Shown piece by piece: positions 20,150 to 30,596 of a DNA stretch of 64,000 nucleotides. Every line of letters starts with the position of its first letter. The stretch's first letter is position 1. The DNA is from Vicinamibacteria bacterium. GTDB taxonomy: Bacteria > Acidobacteriota > Vicinamibacteria > Marinacidobacterales > Marinacidobacteraceae. The stretch covers positions 640,001 to 704,000 of the forward strand of contig OY821641.1 of the NCBI GenBank assembly GCA_963555995.3, in the 5' to 3' direction. The translations under genes were made by a program, and so were the position numbers. The notes under the pieces are model-generated. The model was not told the DNA's origin. It made no database searches and was given only the letters and a program-made list of their open reading frames with translations.

Positions 20150-20698
20150 GTGCCGCGCCTCTTCGTCGTCTCCGGCCCCTCCGGAGTCGGCAAGTCCACC
20201 ATCCTCCGCAGGCTCGTGGACCGCGTCCCGGGCCTCCGGTTCGCGGTCTCCCACACCACCCGCCCGCGCCGCGCGGGCGAGGTGGACGGCCGCGACTACC
20301 ACTTCGTGACCGAAGACCGGTTCCAGCAGTTGATTGACGCCGACGCGTTCGTGGAGTGGGCGCGGGTCCACGACCACCGCTACGGCACCAGCAAGGAGGC
20401 GCTCCGCGCCGGCGGCGAGGACGACCTCCTCATCGAGGTGGACGTCCAAGGCGCCGACGCACTCCGGCAGGAGGTGCCGGAGGCGGTAACCGTCTTCATC
20501 GAGCCCCCCGCCTTCGCGGACCTCGAAACCCGGATCACCGGGCGAGGCCGCGAGTCCGGCCCCGAAGTGGAGCGCCGCCTCCGCACCGCCCGCGACGAGA
20601 TGCCCCACGCAACGTCCTACCACCACCGCATCACCAACGACGACATCGAGGACACGGTAACCCACCTCGCCAACCTCGTGAAACGCGTTCGGGACTAG
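20150..20698 (+). CDS. gmk: Guanylate kinase
   Basis: SGPSGVGKST, HTTRPRR.GE.DGRDYHF, YGTS. Confidence 0.96.
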   Translation: MPRLFVVSGPSGVGKSTILRRLVDRVPGLRFAVSHTTRPRRAGEVDGRDYHFVTEDRFQQLIDADAFVEWARVHDHRYGTSKEALRAGGEDDLLIEVDVQGADALRQEVPEAVTVFIEPPAFADLETRITGRGRESGPEVERRLRTARDEMPHATSYHHRITNDDIEDTVTHLANLVKRVRD

Positions 20699-20777
20699 GT
20701 GACACAACGGCTTGGAACGCCGGCTTCAGCCGGCACAGCCGACCGGAGCGAGGTGGAACCGCGTCCTGCGGGTCGAA

Positions 20778-20996
20778 TCAGGCGTCGGCTTCGGCTGTCC
20801 CGCCCGACAAGCCGTGAGCCGCTCTCTTTCTGGCGATCATTCGGGCCGTGCGTTTCCGCCCTTCGGCGAGGCTGATGAAGCGACCGGTACGGCGGTCTTC
20901 GAGAAGCTCTCGCACGGCCGCCGTTTCTTCGGCCGAACACTTGTGGTTTTCGGCCGGCTCCCCACAGCCCGAACGGGTCTGAACCTGATTCTTCAT
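20778..20996 (-). pseudogene. Possible small antitoxin-like remnant
   Basis: LLEDRRTGRFISLAEGR..MIARKR resembles antitoxins found upstream of ParE/RelE. No intact toxin follows. Confidence 0.3.
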
Positions 20997-21318
20997 CAGG
21001 TGAGGATATGCCCGACGGCAGCGTTCTCAGGCGTCCGGGCTCGTGGCGTTCCGTGATGCAGTGGTCCGCCGACTGCTAGCAGCCTGTGGTGAAACCCACG
21101 TGAGCGCCGAGACGGGTGAGGCGCCCGGCTGACAAGGCGCGTGAGGGAGGAATACCGGGTGTATTCCGACCGAAACGCAACGATGAGCGCCTCGTAGAGG
21201 CGCGGTTCAGCCGGGATGCATCGCCCGTCGAACGCCGCGTGGGTTTTGCCACAGGCTGCTAGGCTAAATCCGTGCTGGCGGCTTCCCCTTCGGTCTTCCT
21301 CCAGCCCGGCCCCACTCC

Positions 21319-22470
21319 ATGAGTGCTGACGCGCAACGTCCTTCGACGCACATATCCCGCATCGCGATCGAGGGGTTCCGTTCGCTCCAGAAGGTGAGCA
21401 TCGACGACCTTCCGGGAGTGGCCATCCTGATCGGGGCGAACGGGTCCGGGAAGTCGAATCTGATCCGCTTCTTCGAGATGTTGAGCTGGATGCTGAAGTC
21501 GCGGCAACTCGCAAGGTTCATCGGCAAGCAAGGGGGAGGCAGCGACCAGCTCTTCGGTGGGAGTGAGACCACCCCGAAGATGGAGGCCGATCTGCGGATC
21601 CAGACGGACCAGGGGACCAACGACTACCGGTTCGAATTGGAATTCGCACCGCCGGACCGTCTCATATTTGCCAAGGAGGCGTTCCGCTTCAGCCGGAGCG
21701 GCTGGCCAAACGAGGCAGACTGGCAGTTCCTTCCGGCCGGGAACCCGGAGTCCGAGTTGGTCGGAGTCGGCCATTCCGAAGGAGCGACGCGCGTCAACGA
21801 AACAACGGCGCGCACCATCGTGCATCTCCTTCGCGACTGCTCGCACTACCAGTTCCATAACACCTCGGCCACCTCGTCGCTCAAAAAGAAGTGGGATGTC
21901 CACGACAATGCCTATCTCCGCAGTGACGGCGGGAACCTTGCGGCCGTCCTCTATCGCCTGCGGGACGAGGACGGGCCGCGGTACGAGTACATCTGCCGCC
22001 AGATCGCACGGGTGCTGCCCGTCTTCGAGACGTTCGACATCGAGGAGGAGTACGGAAGGGTCCTGCTCCGCTGGCGCGCCCGGGATACCGGACAGACGAT
22101 CGGCGCGCATCTGACCTCGGACGGGTCCCTCCGCTTCTTCGCGCTGGCGACCCTGCTCAATCTCCCCCCGGAGACGCTGCCGGCCGTGATGCTCTTGGAC
22201 GAGCCGGAACTCGGGTTGCATCCGTCGGCGGTGGACCTGGTCGCGCGGATGGTTCGGGCGCTGGGAACGGACAGACAGGTCATCGCGGCAACGCAGTCAC
22301 CCCTGCTGGTGGACGCCTTCGATCTTGAGAACGTGATCGTCATCGAGACGGACGGATCCCGGAGCCTCCTGAAGACCCTGCCGTTCGGGGACGCCGACTG
22401 GAAGGAATGGCTGAAGGAATACAGCGTGGGGCAACTCTGGGAGAAGAACATCCTCGGCGGACGCCCGTGA
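21319..22470 (+). CDS. ABC-type ATPase (AAA_21-like)
   Basis: GANGSGKSN, signature SDGSLRF, LLDEPELGLHP, ATQS. Confidence 0.9.
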   Translation: MSADAQRPSTHISRIAIEGFRSLQKVSIDDLPGVAILIGANGSGKSNLIRFFEMLSWMLKSRQLARFIGKQGGGSDQLFGGSETTPKMEADLRIQTDQGTNDYRFELEFAPPDRLIFAKEAFRFSRSGWPNEADWQFLPAGNPESELVGVGHSEGATRVNETTARTIVHLLRDCSHYQFHNTSATSSLKKKWDVHDNAYLRSDGGNLAAVLYRLRDEDGPRYEYICRQIARVLPVFETFDIEEEYGRVLLRWRARDTGQTIGAHLTSDGSLRFFALATLLNLPPETLPAVMLLDEPELGLHPSAVDLVARMVRALGTDRQVIAATQSPLLVDAFDLENVIVIETDGSRSLLKTLPFGDADWKEWLKEYSVGQLWEKNILGGRP

Positions 22471-23099
22471 TCCGGGTGGGCATCGCAGTCGAAGGACCCA
22501 CCGAGGAGGACTTTGTCAAGAGGGTCCTTGCTCGCCATCTCTGGTCCTTCGATGTCTTGGCACATCCGGCCCTTCCCGGCCGGCGGGGCGGCAACATTTC
22601 CGTCCAACGTCTCGCATCCGGCATGCGCGAGCTACTGCGCGACTTCGACGCTGTGACTTCCCTGGTTGATTTCTACGGGTTCACGAAGAAGGGGGAGTGC
22701 ACGGCGGACGAACTCGAATCCCTGGTTCTCGACCAGTTGAACAAAACCGTCACCGGTGGGGTGTCGCCAAGGCGTGTCTTCCCGTACGTGCAACGCCACG
22801 AATTCGAAGCACTGCTCTTTTCCGACGTCGGGCGTTTCCGTTGCATACCGAGCGTTTCCCCGACACGCCTGGAGAAGCTCGTCGCAGTGCGCGGACAGTT
22901 CCCCACGCCCGAGGACATTGACGACGGTTCAGAGACCGCGCCGAGCAAGCGGCTCCTCCAGTCGGTTCCTGGGTACGACAAACGGGTCCACGGACCCTTG
23001 GTAGCGGAAGAGATCGGCATGGGCCGGATCCAATCCGAGTGCCCCCGATTCGGTACCTGGCTGAGGAGACTCGAACATCTGCCGACCGTGCTTGGCTGA
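22467..23099 (+). CDS. DUF4276-family TOPRIM-like protein
   Basis: VEGPTEEDF, LVDFYG, HEFEALLFSD, PEDIDD..TAPSKRL, CPRF..W. GTGA overlap with the ATPase stop. Confidence 0.85.
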   Translation: MIRVGIAVEGPTEEDFVKRVLARHLWSFDVLAHPALPGRRGGNISVQRLASGMRELLRDFDAVTSLVDFYGFTKKGECTADELESLVLDQLNKTVTGGVSPRRVFPYVQRHEFEALLFSDVGRFRCIPSVSPTRLEKLVAVRGQFPTPEDIDDGSETAPSKRLLQSVPGYDKRVHGPLVAEEIGMGRIQSECPRFGTWLRRLEHLPTVLG

Positions 23100-23214
23100 C
23101 GGACTTCCTGAAGGAAGGACTTTGGAGACCGATGCATCCCGGGGTCGTTGCTGTGTCGGCGCGCGGTCTGGGCCGGGCCGCCGCCCCATCCTGTGCGAAG
23201 ATGATGGGTCCGCC

Positions 23215-24507
23215 ATGAAAAAGGTCGTTCTCGGGGTCACCGGGTGCATCGGGGCGTACAAGGCTCCGGACCTGGTGCGCGCCCTGCGGAAGCGTGACCT
23301 GCGGGTGCAGGTGATCCTCACCCGGGCCGCCCGCGAGTTCGTCTCGCCGCTCTCCCTGGCGACCGTCTCCGGGGAGCCGGTCCTCGAGCGCCTGTTTTCC
23401 GACGTGCCCGGAGAAGCGGGAGGCGAGGGCCCGACCAGTTCTCCCGGTGGGGGGCCGACCGGCGGCGTGCGCCACATCTCCCTCACCGAGGAGACCGACG
23501 TCTTCCTGGTGGCCCCGGCCACCGCGCACGTGATCGCGCGGCTGGCGCTCGGGCTCGCCGACGACTTCCTCACCACCTTCCACCTCGCCGTCCGGGCGCC
23601 GATCCTCATCGCCCCCGCGATGAACACCAACATGCTGGCGCACGAGGCGACCCGGGGCCACCTCCGGACTCTGCGCGAGCGGGGCGCGACGATCATCGAG
23701 CCCGGGGAGGGGGAGCTCGCGTGCGGCTGGCTCGGGCCGGGCCGGCTCGCCGAGATCCCCGACATCGTGGAGGCGGTCGGGCGCGCGCTGGCGGAGACCG
23801 CCCCCCGGCGGAACCTGGCCGGCCGGAAGGTCGTGGTCGCCGCCGGTCCGACCCGCGAGCCCCTGGATCCGGTGCGCTACCTGACCAACCGCTCGTCCGG
23901 CCGGATGGGCTTCGAGCTGGCGGAGGCGGCCGCCGCCCGCGGCGCGGAGGTCACCCTGGTCCTCGGGCCGACCGACCTCGAACCCCCGGCGGGCCGGGAG
24001 GTGGTGCGGGTGGAGACCGCCCGCGAGATGCGCGACCGGACGTTCGCCGCCGCCCCGGACGCCGACGCGGTGGTCATGGCGGCGGCGGTCGCCGACTTCC
24101 GGCCGGCGCACAACGCCGGGTCCAAGCTCAAGTCCGCCGGTCTCCGCCGGGACGGCGCCGCCTCCTCCCTGGCGCTCGTCGCGAACCCGGACATCCTCGC
24201 CGAGCTCGGCGCCGCGCGGGCCGCGGACGCCGGCTCGGGTCCGGCGGTGCTGGTCGGTTTCGCCGCCGAGACCGGCGAGCCCGAGGACGAAGCGATCCGG
24301 AAGCTCGAGGAGAAGCGGTGCGACCTGATCGTCGGCAACCGGGTGGGGCAGGGGCGGGTCTTCGGCCTCGACTCCACCCAGGCGGTGCTGGTCGAGAGCC
24401 GGGACGGGCAGGCCCCCGCCGTGAGCCGCCGGGAGCCCGAATCGAAGCGCTCGCTCGCGGACGCCGTCTGCGACGTCATCGCCCGGCGGCTGGGGAACGG
24501 CGCGTGA
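23215..24507 (+). CDS. coaBC: Phosphopantothenoylcysteine decarboxylase/ligase
   Basis: GVTGCIGAYK, APAMN, GPTREPLDPVRYLTNRSSG, AAAVADF, GFAAET. Confidence 0.96.
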   Translation: MKKVVLGVTGCIGAYKAPDLVRALRKRDLRVQVILTRAAREFVSPLSLATVSGEPVLERLFSDVPGEAGGEGPTSSPGGGPTGGVRHISLTEETDVFLVAPATAHVIARLALGLADDFLTTFHLAVRAPILIAPAMNTNMLAHEATRGHLRTLRERGATIIEPGEGELACGWLGPGRLAEIPDIVEAVGRALAETAPRRNLAGRKVVVAAGPTREPLDPVRYLTNRSSGRMGFELAEAAAARGAEVTLVLGPTDLEPPAGREVVRVETAREMRDRTFAAAPDADAVVMAAAVADFRPAHNAGSKLKSAGLRRDGAASSLALVANPDILAELGAARAADAGSGPAVLVGFAAETGEPEDEAIRKLEEKRCDLIVGNRVGQGRVFGLDSTQAVLVESRDGQAPAVSRREPESKRSLADAVCDVIARRLGNGA

Positions 24508-24544
24508 ACCCGTCGGGACCGCCTGTCCCGCGGCGCCGCTGACC

Positions 24545-25231
24545 GTGACCGACGGACCGGACGCCGATCTCCGCGCCCAGCTCGCCGCCCGCCTGCGGCT
24601 CCTCCAGGGATTCACCGACTTCGTGCCGGGTCCGCCGGTCCCGCCGCCCCCCGCCGAAACGCTGGAGGCGATCTCGGCGGACCTCGACGGCTGCACCCGC
24701 TGCCGGCTCTCCGAAAAGCGGAAGACCATCGTGTTCGGGGTCGGCCCGGCGGACGCCGACCTCATGTTCATCGGCGAGGGCCCGGGCCGGGACGAGGACC
24801 GGCAGGGCGAGCCGTTCGTGGGCCGCGCCGGCCGGTTGCTGAACGAGATGATCGAGAAGTGCTTCCAGCGGCGGCGGGCCGACGTGTACATCACGAACAT
24901 CGTGAAGTGCTGGCCGCCGGGCAACCGCAATCCGCAGGCGGACGAGGTCGCCACCTGCCTGCCGTTCCTGAAGCGGCAGATCGCTTCGGTCCGGCCCCGC
25001 GTGATCTGCCTGCTCGGGAGCGTTGCCGTCAAGGCGCTCTTCCCGGGGGTCCGGGGCATCGGCGCGGCGCGCGGCACGGTGTGGGAGTTTGGCGGGATCC
25101 CGGTGGTGCCGACCTTCCATCCGGCCTACCTGCTGCGCGCCGAGGGGGAGCGGCTGCAGCAGTTGAAGCGGGAGGTGCTGGACGACGCGCGGACCGCGCT
25201 GGAGATCCTGGCGCGGCCTCGAGGGGCGTGA
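24545..25231 (+). CDS. Uracil-DNA glycosylase family 4
   Basis: CTRCRL, GEGPG.DED.QGEPFVG, NIVKC, TFHPAY. Confidence 0.92.
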   Translation: MTDGPDADLRAQLAARLRLLQGFTDFVPGPPVPPPPAETLEAISADLDGCTRCRLSEKRKTIVFGVGPADADLMFIGEGPGRDEDRQGEPFVGRAGRLLNEMIEKCFQRRRADVYITNIVKCWPPGNRNPQADEVATCLPFLKRQIASVRPRVICLLGSVAVKALFPGVRGIGAARGTVWEFGGIPVVPTFHPAYLLRAEGERLQQLKREVLDDARTALEILARPRGA

Positions 25232-25263
25232 CGTGAGGCGGAGCGGGATCGCGACGCGCTCGG

Positions 25264-25775
25264 AGCGCTCCACGTGCACGGGGACGAACGCCATCAGCGC
25301 GGGTTTGCCGTGAAGATGCGGTTTCGGCGAAACGGCAACCAACGCAAGTTGCGCCGCCGGCTGGGAGCGCCGGTCTTCAGACCGGCACGCGCTGCGCCCC
25401 AGCGCAGCGCACGGCACGACGCCGACCTGTGCGGTGGCGTTCTGCTTTCGGTTCGTCAGCGCGAACTGCGACACGACATCCGCGGGCCTTCGGCCCGCTG
25501 TGCCGGTCTAGCGCTCCACGTGCACGGGGACGAACGCCATCAGCGCGGGTTTGCCGTGAAGATGCGGTTTCGGCGAAACGGCAACCAACGCAAGTTGCGC
25601 CGCCGGCTGGGAGCGCCGGTCTTCAGACCGGCACGCGCTGCGCCCCAGCGCAGCGCACGGCACGACGCCGACCTGTGCGGTGGCGTTCTGCTTTCGGTTC
25701 GTCAGCGCGAACTGCGACACGACATCCGCGGGCCTTCGGCCCGCTGTGCCGGTCTGAAGACCGGCGCTCCCAGCC
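25264..25775. repeat. Two tandem 246-bp REP-containing units, related to the 383-bp unit
   Basis: AGCGCTCCACGTGCACGGGG at 25264 and 25510, closed by an inverted REP. Confidence 0.9.
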
Positions 25776-25934
25776 GTCTCCACCGTTTTGATGACCGGCG
25801 GGGTGCAGGAGGACCGATCATGAGGGTTTCGCGCTCCCGCGCGATGCCAGCCGGAGGCTGGCGCTCCGAGGCGGACGGCCCGGACTGCTATTCACAGCAA
25901 CGGGCCGGCGTTCCCGGCCGTCGCGTCGCCTGAC

Positions 25935-28253
25935 TTGAACCGCGTTGAGGTCGCGGTGCCGCGTCCGGTGCCGCGGACGTACACCTACGAGGCGCCGCCC
26001 GCGCTGCTGCGGCCCGGCGAGACCACCCTGCCGCCCGGCGTCCGGGTGCGGGTCCCCTTCGGCCCGGGCGAACTCACCGGGGTGGTCCTCGGCCCCGGCG
26101 CGCCGGCGCCGCCGGAACGCGGAGAGGAGAAGCAGGTCGTCCTCAGGGCCGTCCGCTCGCGCTTCGACGATCCGCTGCCGCCGCTCCCGGAAGACCTCCT
26201 CGCCCTGGCGCGCCAGCTCGCCGAGGTGACGGTCTGCCCGCTCGGGCTGGTCCTCAGGGCGATGCTCCCGGCCTCGGCGCCCCCCGGCCGCATGCTCCGG
26301 ACCGCGCGCATCACCGTGGAGGGCTCCGCGCGCCTCCGGGAGCCCGACGGCCGGACCGCTGGAGGGTCCGGCGGCGGCCCCGCAGGCGCGCTGCCGCGGC
26401 TGAGCGAGGACGACCGGCGCATCCTCACCCTGCTCGCGGTCTCCCGCGGCCCCGTCCCGCTGGTCCGCATCCGCCGCGAACTCGAACTCTCCCCGGGCCG
26501 GAGCTTCGCCCGCCTCGAACGCGAGGGGTTTCTCCTCACCGGCGCCGAGCGGCTCACGCCCGAGGCGGCGAGCCCCGGCGGCCCGGCGGGTCCCGGCGAC
26601 CACGCGCCGTCGCGCCCGCCGCCGCTCACCCCACCCCAGCGCGAAGCGGCGGCCGCCCTCCGGGAGGCCCTCGAAGCCCGCGCCTTCGGCGCCTTCCTGC
26701 TCGACGGGGTCACCGGCAGCGGGAAGACCGAGGTCTATTTCCAGGCTATCGCCGCCTGCCTCGAAACGGGCCGCAGCGCGCTGCTGCTGGTCCCCGAGAT
26801 CGCGCTCGCCTCCCAGCAGGAGGCGCTCCTCCGCGCCCGCTTCGGCCCCGGCCTCGCCGTGTTCCACAGCGGGCTCGGCGCCGCCGAGCGCCGCGCCGCC
26901 TTCTGGCGCATCCGGAGGGGCGAGGCGCGCATCGTGCTCGGGGCCCGGTCCGCGGTGCTCGCCCCCATCCGGGACCTCGGGCTGGTGGTCCTCGACGAGG
27001 AGCACGACGCCGCCTACAAGCAGGACGAGGCGCCCCGCTACCACGCCCGCCAGGCCGCCTGGCTCCGCGCCCGCGCCGCCGGCGCGGTGCTGGTGCTCGG
27101 CTCGGCCACCCCCTCGCTCGAAGCGGCGCACGCCGCCGAGCGGCAGGCGCTCACCCGGCTGCGGCTCCCCCACCGCATCGCGGGCCGCGCGCTCCCCGCG
27201 GTGGAGGTGGTGGACATGCGCCCCCTGCTGCGCGCGTACTACCGGGACCCGGCCCGGAAGCCCGCCCGGGGGCCGCTGATCCTCGCCCCCGTGCTCGAGA
27301 CCGCGCTCCGGGAGACCGTCGCCGCCGGCCGGCAGGCGCTCGTCCTCCTGAACCGGCGCGGCTACGGGGGCCGGATCGGCTGCCTGCGCTGCGGGGAGAT
27401 CCTCGAATGCCGCCGCTGCGGCGTCGCCTTCACCCTGCACCGGCGCGGGAGCCTCGCCGTCTGCCATGCCTGCGGGACGGGGATGGCCCCTCCCGAGGAC
27501 TGTCCGGGCTGCGGCGGCGATGTCCTGCGGTCCGAGGGGTTCGGCACCGAGCGCGTGGAGGAGGAGGTCTCCCGCCTGCTGCCGGACGTCCGGGTGGCGC
27601 GCTTCGACCGGGACACCACCCGCGCCCGCGGCAGCCACGCCCGGACGCTCGACGCCTTCCGCGAGGGCGCGATCCGGGTGCTGGTGGGGACCCAGATGAT
27701 CGCCAAGGGACACGACTTCCCGGCGGTTACGCTGGTCGGGGTGGTGGCCGCCGACGGCGGGCTCGGGGCGCCGGATTTCCGGGCCGCCGAACGCACCTTC
27801 CAGCTCCTGACCCAGGTCGCCGGGCGGGCTGGCCGCGGGGAGGACCCCGGACGGGTCCTCATCCAGACGATGAAGCCGGACCACTACGCGGTCACCGCCG
27901 CCGCCCGCCAGGACTACCCCGCGTTCGCCGCCGTCGAACGCGAGATGCGGCGCCGCTTCCGCTACCCGCCCTTCGTCCGGCTGACGAGCCTCACGGTGAG
28001 CGCCCGCTCCTCCGGCAAGGCCGAGGAGGCGGCCGCCGCGCTCGCCCGGCGCATCGTCACCCCGGACGCGCCCGAATCGCTCGAGGTCGTCGGTCCGGCG
28101 CCCGCTCCGGGGCCGCGGCCGGAGGGGTCCTGGCGCTGGGCGATGCTCGTCAGGGCGGCGCCCCGCGACCATGCCGCGCTGCGCCGGCGTCTCCGGCGTC
28201 TCCTCGAAGCGCCGGAGTACGCGCGGCATGTGACGATCAATGACGATCCCTGA
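25935..28253 (+). CDS. priA: Primosomal protein N'
   Basis: GVTGSGKTEVY, DEEHD, GSATPS, LNRRGY, four CxxC, GTQMIAKGHDF, QVAGRAGR. Confidence 0.96.
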   Translation: MNRVEVAVPRPVPRTYTYEAPPALLRPGETTLPPGVRVRVPFGPGELTGVVLGPGAPAPPERGEEKQVVLRAVRSRFDDPLPPLPEDLLALARQLAEVTVCPLGLVLRAMLPASAPPGRMLRTARITVEGSARLREPDGRTAGGSGGGPAGALPRLSEDDRRILTLLAVSRGPVPLVRIRRELELSPGRSFARLEREGFLLTGAERLTPEAASPGGPAGPGDHAPSRPPPLTPPQREAAAALREALEARAFGAFLLDGVTGSGKTEVYFQAIAACLETGRSALLLVPEIALASQQEALLRARFGPGLAVFHSGLGAAERRAAFWRIRRGEARIVLGARSAVLAPIRDLGLVVLDEEHDAAYKQDEAPRYHARQAAWLRARAAGAVLVLGSATPSLEAAHAAERQALTRLRLPHRIAGRALPAVEVVDMRPLLRAYYRDPARKPARGPLILAPVLETALRETVAAGRQALVLLNRRGYGGRIGCLRCGEILECRRCGVAFTLHRRGSLAVCHACGTGMAPPEDCPGCGGDVLRSEGFGTERVEEEVSRLLPDVRVARFDRDTTRARGSHARTLDAFREGAIRVLVGTQMIAKGHDFPAVTLVGVVAADGGLGAPDFRAAERTFQLLTQVAGRAGRGEDPGRVLIQTMKPDHYAVTAAARQDYPAFAAVEREMRRRFRYPPFVRLTSLTVSARSSGKAEEAAAALARRIVTPDAPESLEVVGPAPAPGPRPEGSWRWAMLVRAAPRDHAALRRRLRRLLEAPEYARHVTINDDP

Positions 28254-28288
28254 CCGCCGAACCGCGTTTGGCGTACTATGCTCGGGCG

Positions 28289-28558
28289 ATGGTGAAGGCC
28301 GACCTCATCAACCGGGCGATGGCGGCAACGGATTTGTCGGCCCAGGACGCCCGCGATGCCGTGGAGGCCTTGTTCGAGGGTCTGCGGGCGGGTCTGGAGA
28401 GCGGGAACCGCGTCGTTTTGCGGCGGTTCGGCGTGTTCCAGGCCGCGCCGCGCAAGACGGGGGTGGCGCGCAACCCGCGCACCGGCGAACCGGTCGGCAT
28501 TCCACGGGGCCGGGTGGTCCGCTTCCGTCCCGGCCAGAGCCTCCGCCACATCTCGTAG
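28289..28558 (+). CDS. HU/IHF-family DNA-binding protein
   Basis: KADLI, FGVF, ARNPRTGE, VRFRPG. Confidence 0.92.
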   Translation: MVKADLINRAMAATDLSAQDARDAVEALFEGLRAGLESGNRVVLRRFGVFQAAPRKTGVARNPRTGEPVGIPRGRVVRFRPGQSLRHIS

Positions 28559-28647
28559 GGCAGGGCGGAACTTCCGCCTCGGTGCGCTCCACGCGGGTTG
28601 GACCTGCGCGCCTTCCGGGCATGCGGTCACTGCCGTGAGGGCGCCGG

Positions 28648-28814
28648 CGGCTTGGAACGCCGGCTTCAGCCGGCACCCGCTGCGCGAAGCGCGGCGGACT
28701 GCACGACGCTGCTCCGCACGACGGCGTTCGACTCTCGGTCCATCACCGCGAACCGCGGCACGACATCCGCGGGCCTTTGGCCCGCTGTGCCGGCTGAAGC
28801 CGGCGTTCCAAGCC
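28648..28814. repeat. REPIN-like inverted REP pair
   Basis: GGCTTGGAACGCCGGCTTCAGCCGGCAC ... GTGCCGGCTGAAGCCGGCGTTCCAAGCC. Confidence 0.85.
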
Positions 28815-28860
28815 GTTCGCGCCGGGTAGCGGCCGGTAATCTCGGCGTCACCGAGGCCAC

Positions 28861-30243
28861 ATGAAACTCGTCACCCTCTTCGGCCGGCCGAACGTGGGGA
28901 AGTCCACCCTGTTCAACCGGATCATCGGCGGCCGGCCCGCCATCGTCCACGCGCGGCCGGGGTCCACCCGTGACGGCCGGCTGGAGCCGGCGGAGTGGCG
29001 CGGCGTCGGTTTCCGGCTCCACGACACCGGCGGGGCGGGGGCGCCGGACGCCTCGCCCTTCGCCCGCGAGATCCGGGCCCTCGCCGAGCGCACGGCGGCG
29101 CGGAGCGACGCGGTCGTCTTCGTGGTGGACGCCCGCGCGGGGCTGACCCCCGCCGACGAGGAGCTCGCCGACGGGCTCCGCCGGCAGGAGGACCGGCCTC
29201 CGGTGGTGCTGGTCGCGAACAAGGCCGAGGGCGTCCACGAGGCGGCGGCGGCCGAGTTCCACGCCCTCGGGCTCGGGGACCCGTTCCCGATCTCCGCCGA
29301 GCACGGCCTCGGGATCGCCGAGGTGCTCGACCGCATCGTCGAGACCCTCGAACCGGACCTCGGCGCGGCGCCGGTCCCCGAGGACTCCACTGCCGGCGGC
29401 GAGGCGCTCCGGGTCGCCATCGTGGGGCGCGCCAACGTGGGGAAGTCCACGCTGCTGAACCGCTTCTGCGGCTACGAGCGGGCGCTGGTCTCGGCGGTGG
29501 CCGGCACCACCCGCGACCCGGTGGACGAGCGCCTCACGGTCTCCGGCCGCGAGGTGGTGCTGGTGGACACCGCCGGCATCCGGCGCGGCGCCCGCCGCCG
29601 GGGCCAACTCTCGGCCTCCGGCCGGGGGGACGCCTACGAGGAGGCCGACGCGCTGGCGGTCCTGATGTCGGAGAAGGCGATCCGCCGGGCGCGGGTTGCC
29701 CTGTTAATTACGGATGCGGTGAAAGGTCCCACCGCCCGGGACGCCCAGATCGCCCGGCTGATCGAGGACGCCGGCTGTTCGGTGGTGGTCCTCCTGAACC
29801 GCTGGGACCTCGTGACCTCGCGGGCGGCGCGCTGGGCGGAACTCCGGCTCGACGTGCGGGAGCGCCTCCGGCACATCGGCCACGCCCCCCTCCTGCGGAT
29901 GTCCGCCATGACCGGGCAGGGCGTGGCGGCGATCTGGAAGTCGGTCTTCCGGGTGGCGGCGGAGGGGAGCCGGCGGATCCCCACGCCCGAGGTGAACCGG
30001 TTCCTCGCGCGCGCCTCGGAGCGCTTCGCCCCCCGTTCGCGCCGGGGCAGGGAGGTGAAGCTGCTCTACGGCTTCCAGTCGGGAGCGGCCCCGCCCCGGT
30101 TCCGGGTGTTCACGAACTGTCCCCGCGCGGACATCCTGCCCTCCTACCCCCGCTTCCTCGTCGGCGAGCTGCGCCGCCGCTACGGCTTCCGGGGGACCCC
30201 GGTCCGGCTCACGCTGGAGTACAGGAAGAAGCCGTCCCGGTAG
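28861..30243 (+). CDS. der: Ribosome biogenesis GTPase Der
   Basis: Two G domains: GRPNVGKST and GRANVGKST, DTGG/DTAG, GTTRD. Confidence 0.96.
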   Translation: MKLVTLFGRPNVGKSTLFNRIIGGRPAIVHARPGSTRDGRLEPAEWRGVGFRLHDTGGAGAPDASPFAREIRALAERTAARSDAVVFVVDARAGLTPADEELADGLRRQEDRPPVVLVANKAEGVHEAAAAEFHALGLGDPFPISAEHGLGIAEVLDRIVETLEPDLGAAPVPEDSTAGGEALRVAIVGRANVGKSTLLNRFCGYERALVSAVAGTTRDPVDERLTVSGREVVLVDTAGIRRGARRRGQLSASGRGDAYEEADALAVLMSEKAIRRARVALLITDAVKGPTARDAQIARLIEDAGCSVVVLLNRWDLVTSRAARWAELRLDVRERLRHIGHAPLLRMSAMTGQGVAAIWKSVFRVAAEGSRRIPTPEVNRFLARASERFAPRSRRGREVKLLYGFQSGAAPPRFRVFTNCPRADILPSYPRFLVGELRRRYGFRGTPVRLTLEYRKKPSR

Positions 30244-30317
30244 CGCGCCCGGGGCTGTCCTACAATCGTGACGCCGCTCCGCCCCCGCGGGGGGTCGCGG
30301 CGCAACGGGTGTCCACA

Positions 30318-30596
30318 TTGAACAAGGCGGATCTGGCGGAGGCCGTCCGGAGCTTCCACGGCGGCGTGACCGGGGCCGAGGCCCTCCGGATCGTGGACAC
30401 CATCTTCCGGAGCGCGGCGGACGGGCTGGCCGCCGGCGGTTCGCTGCGGATCCGGCGGTTCGGGTCGCTCGAAGTGCGCTCCCGCCGTCCCCGGCGGGGC
30501 GGCGACCCGCGCACCGGACGGACCTTCGTCGCCGCGGCCCACCGGACGCCCTTCTTCCGCCCCGCGCGCGGGCTGCTCGAGAGTCTGCAGAGCTGA
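30318..30596 (+). CDS. Integration host factor alpha-like protein
   Basis: NKADLAE, FGSL, DPRTG, FRPAR. Sits in the ihfA-MerR-tRNA-Pro(GGG) gene order. Confidence 0.85.
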   Translation: MNKADLAEAVRSFHGGVTGAEALRIVDTIFRSAADGLAAGGSLRIRRFGSLEVRSRRPRRGGDPRTGRTFVAAAHRTPFFRPARGLLESLQS

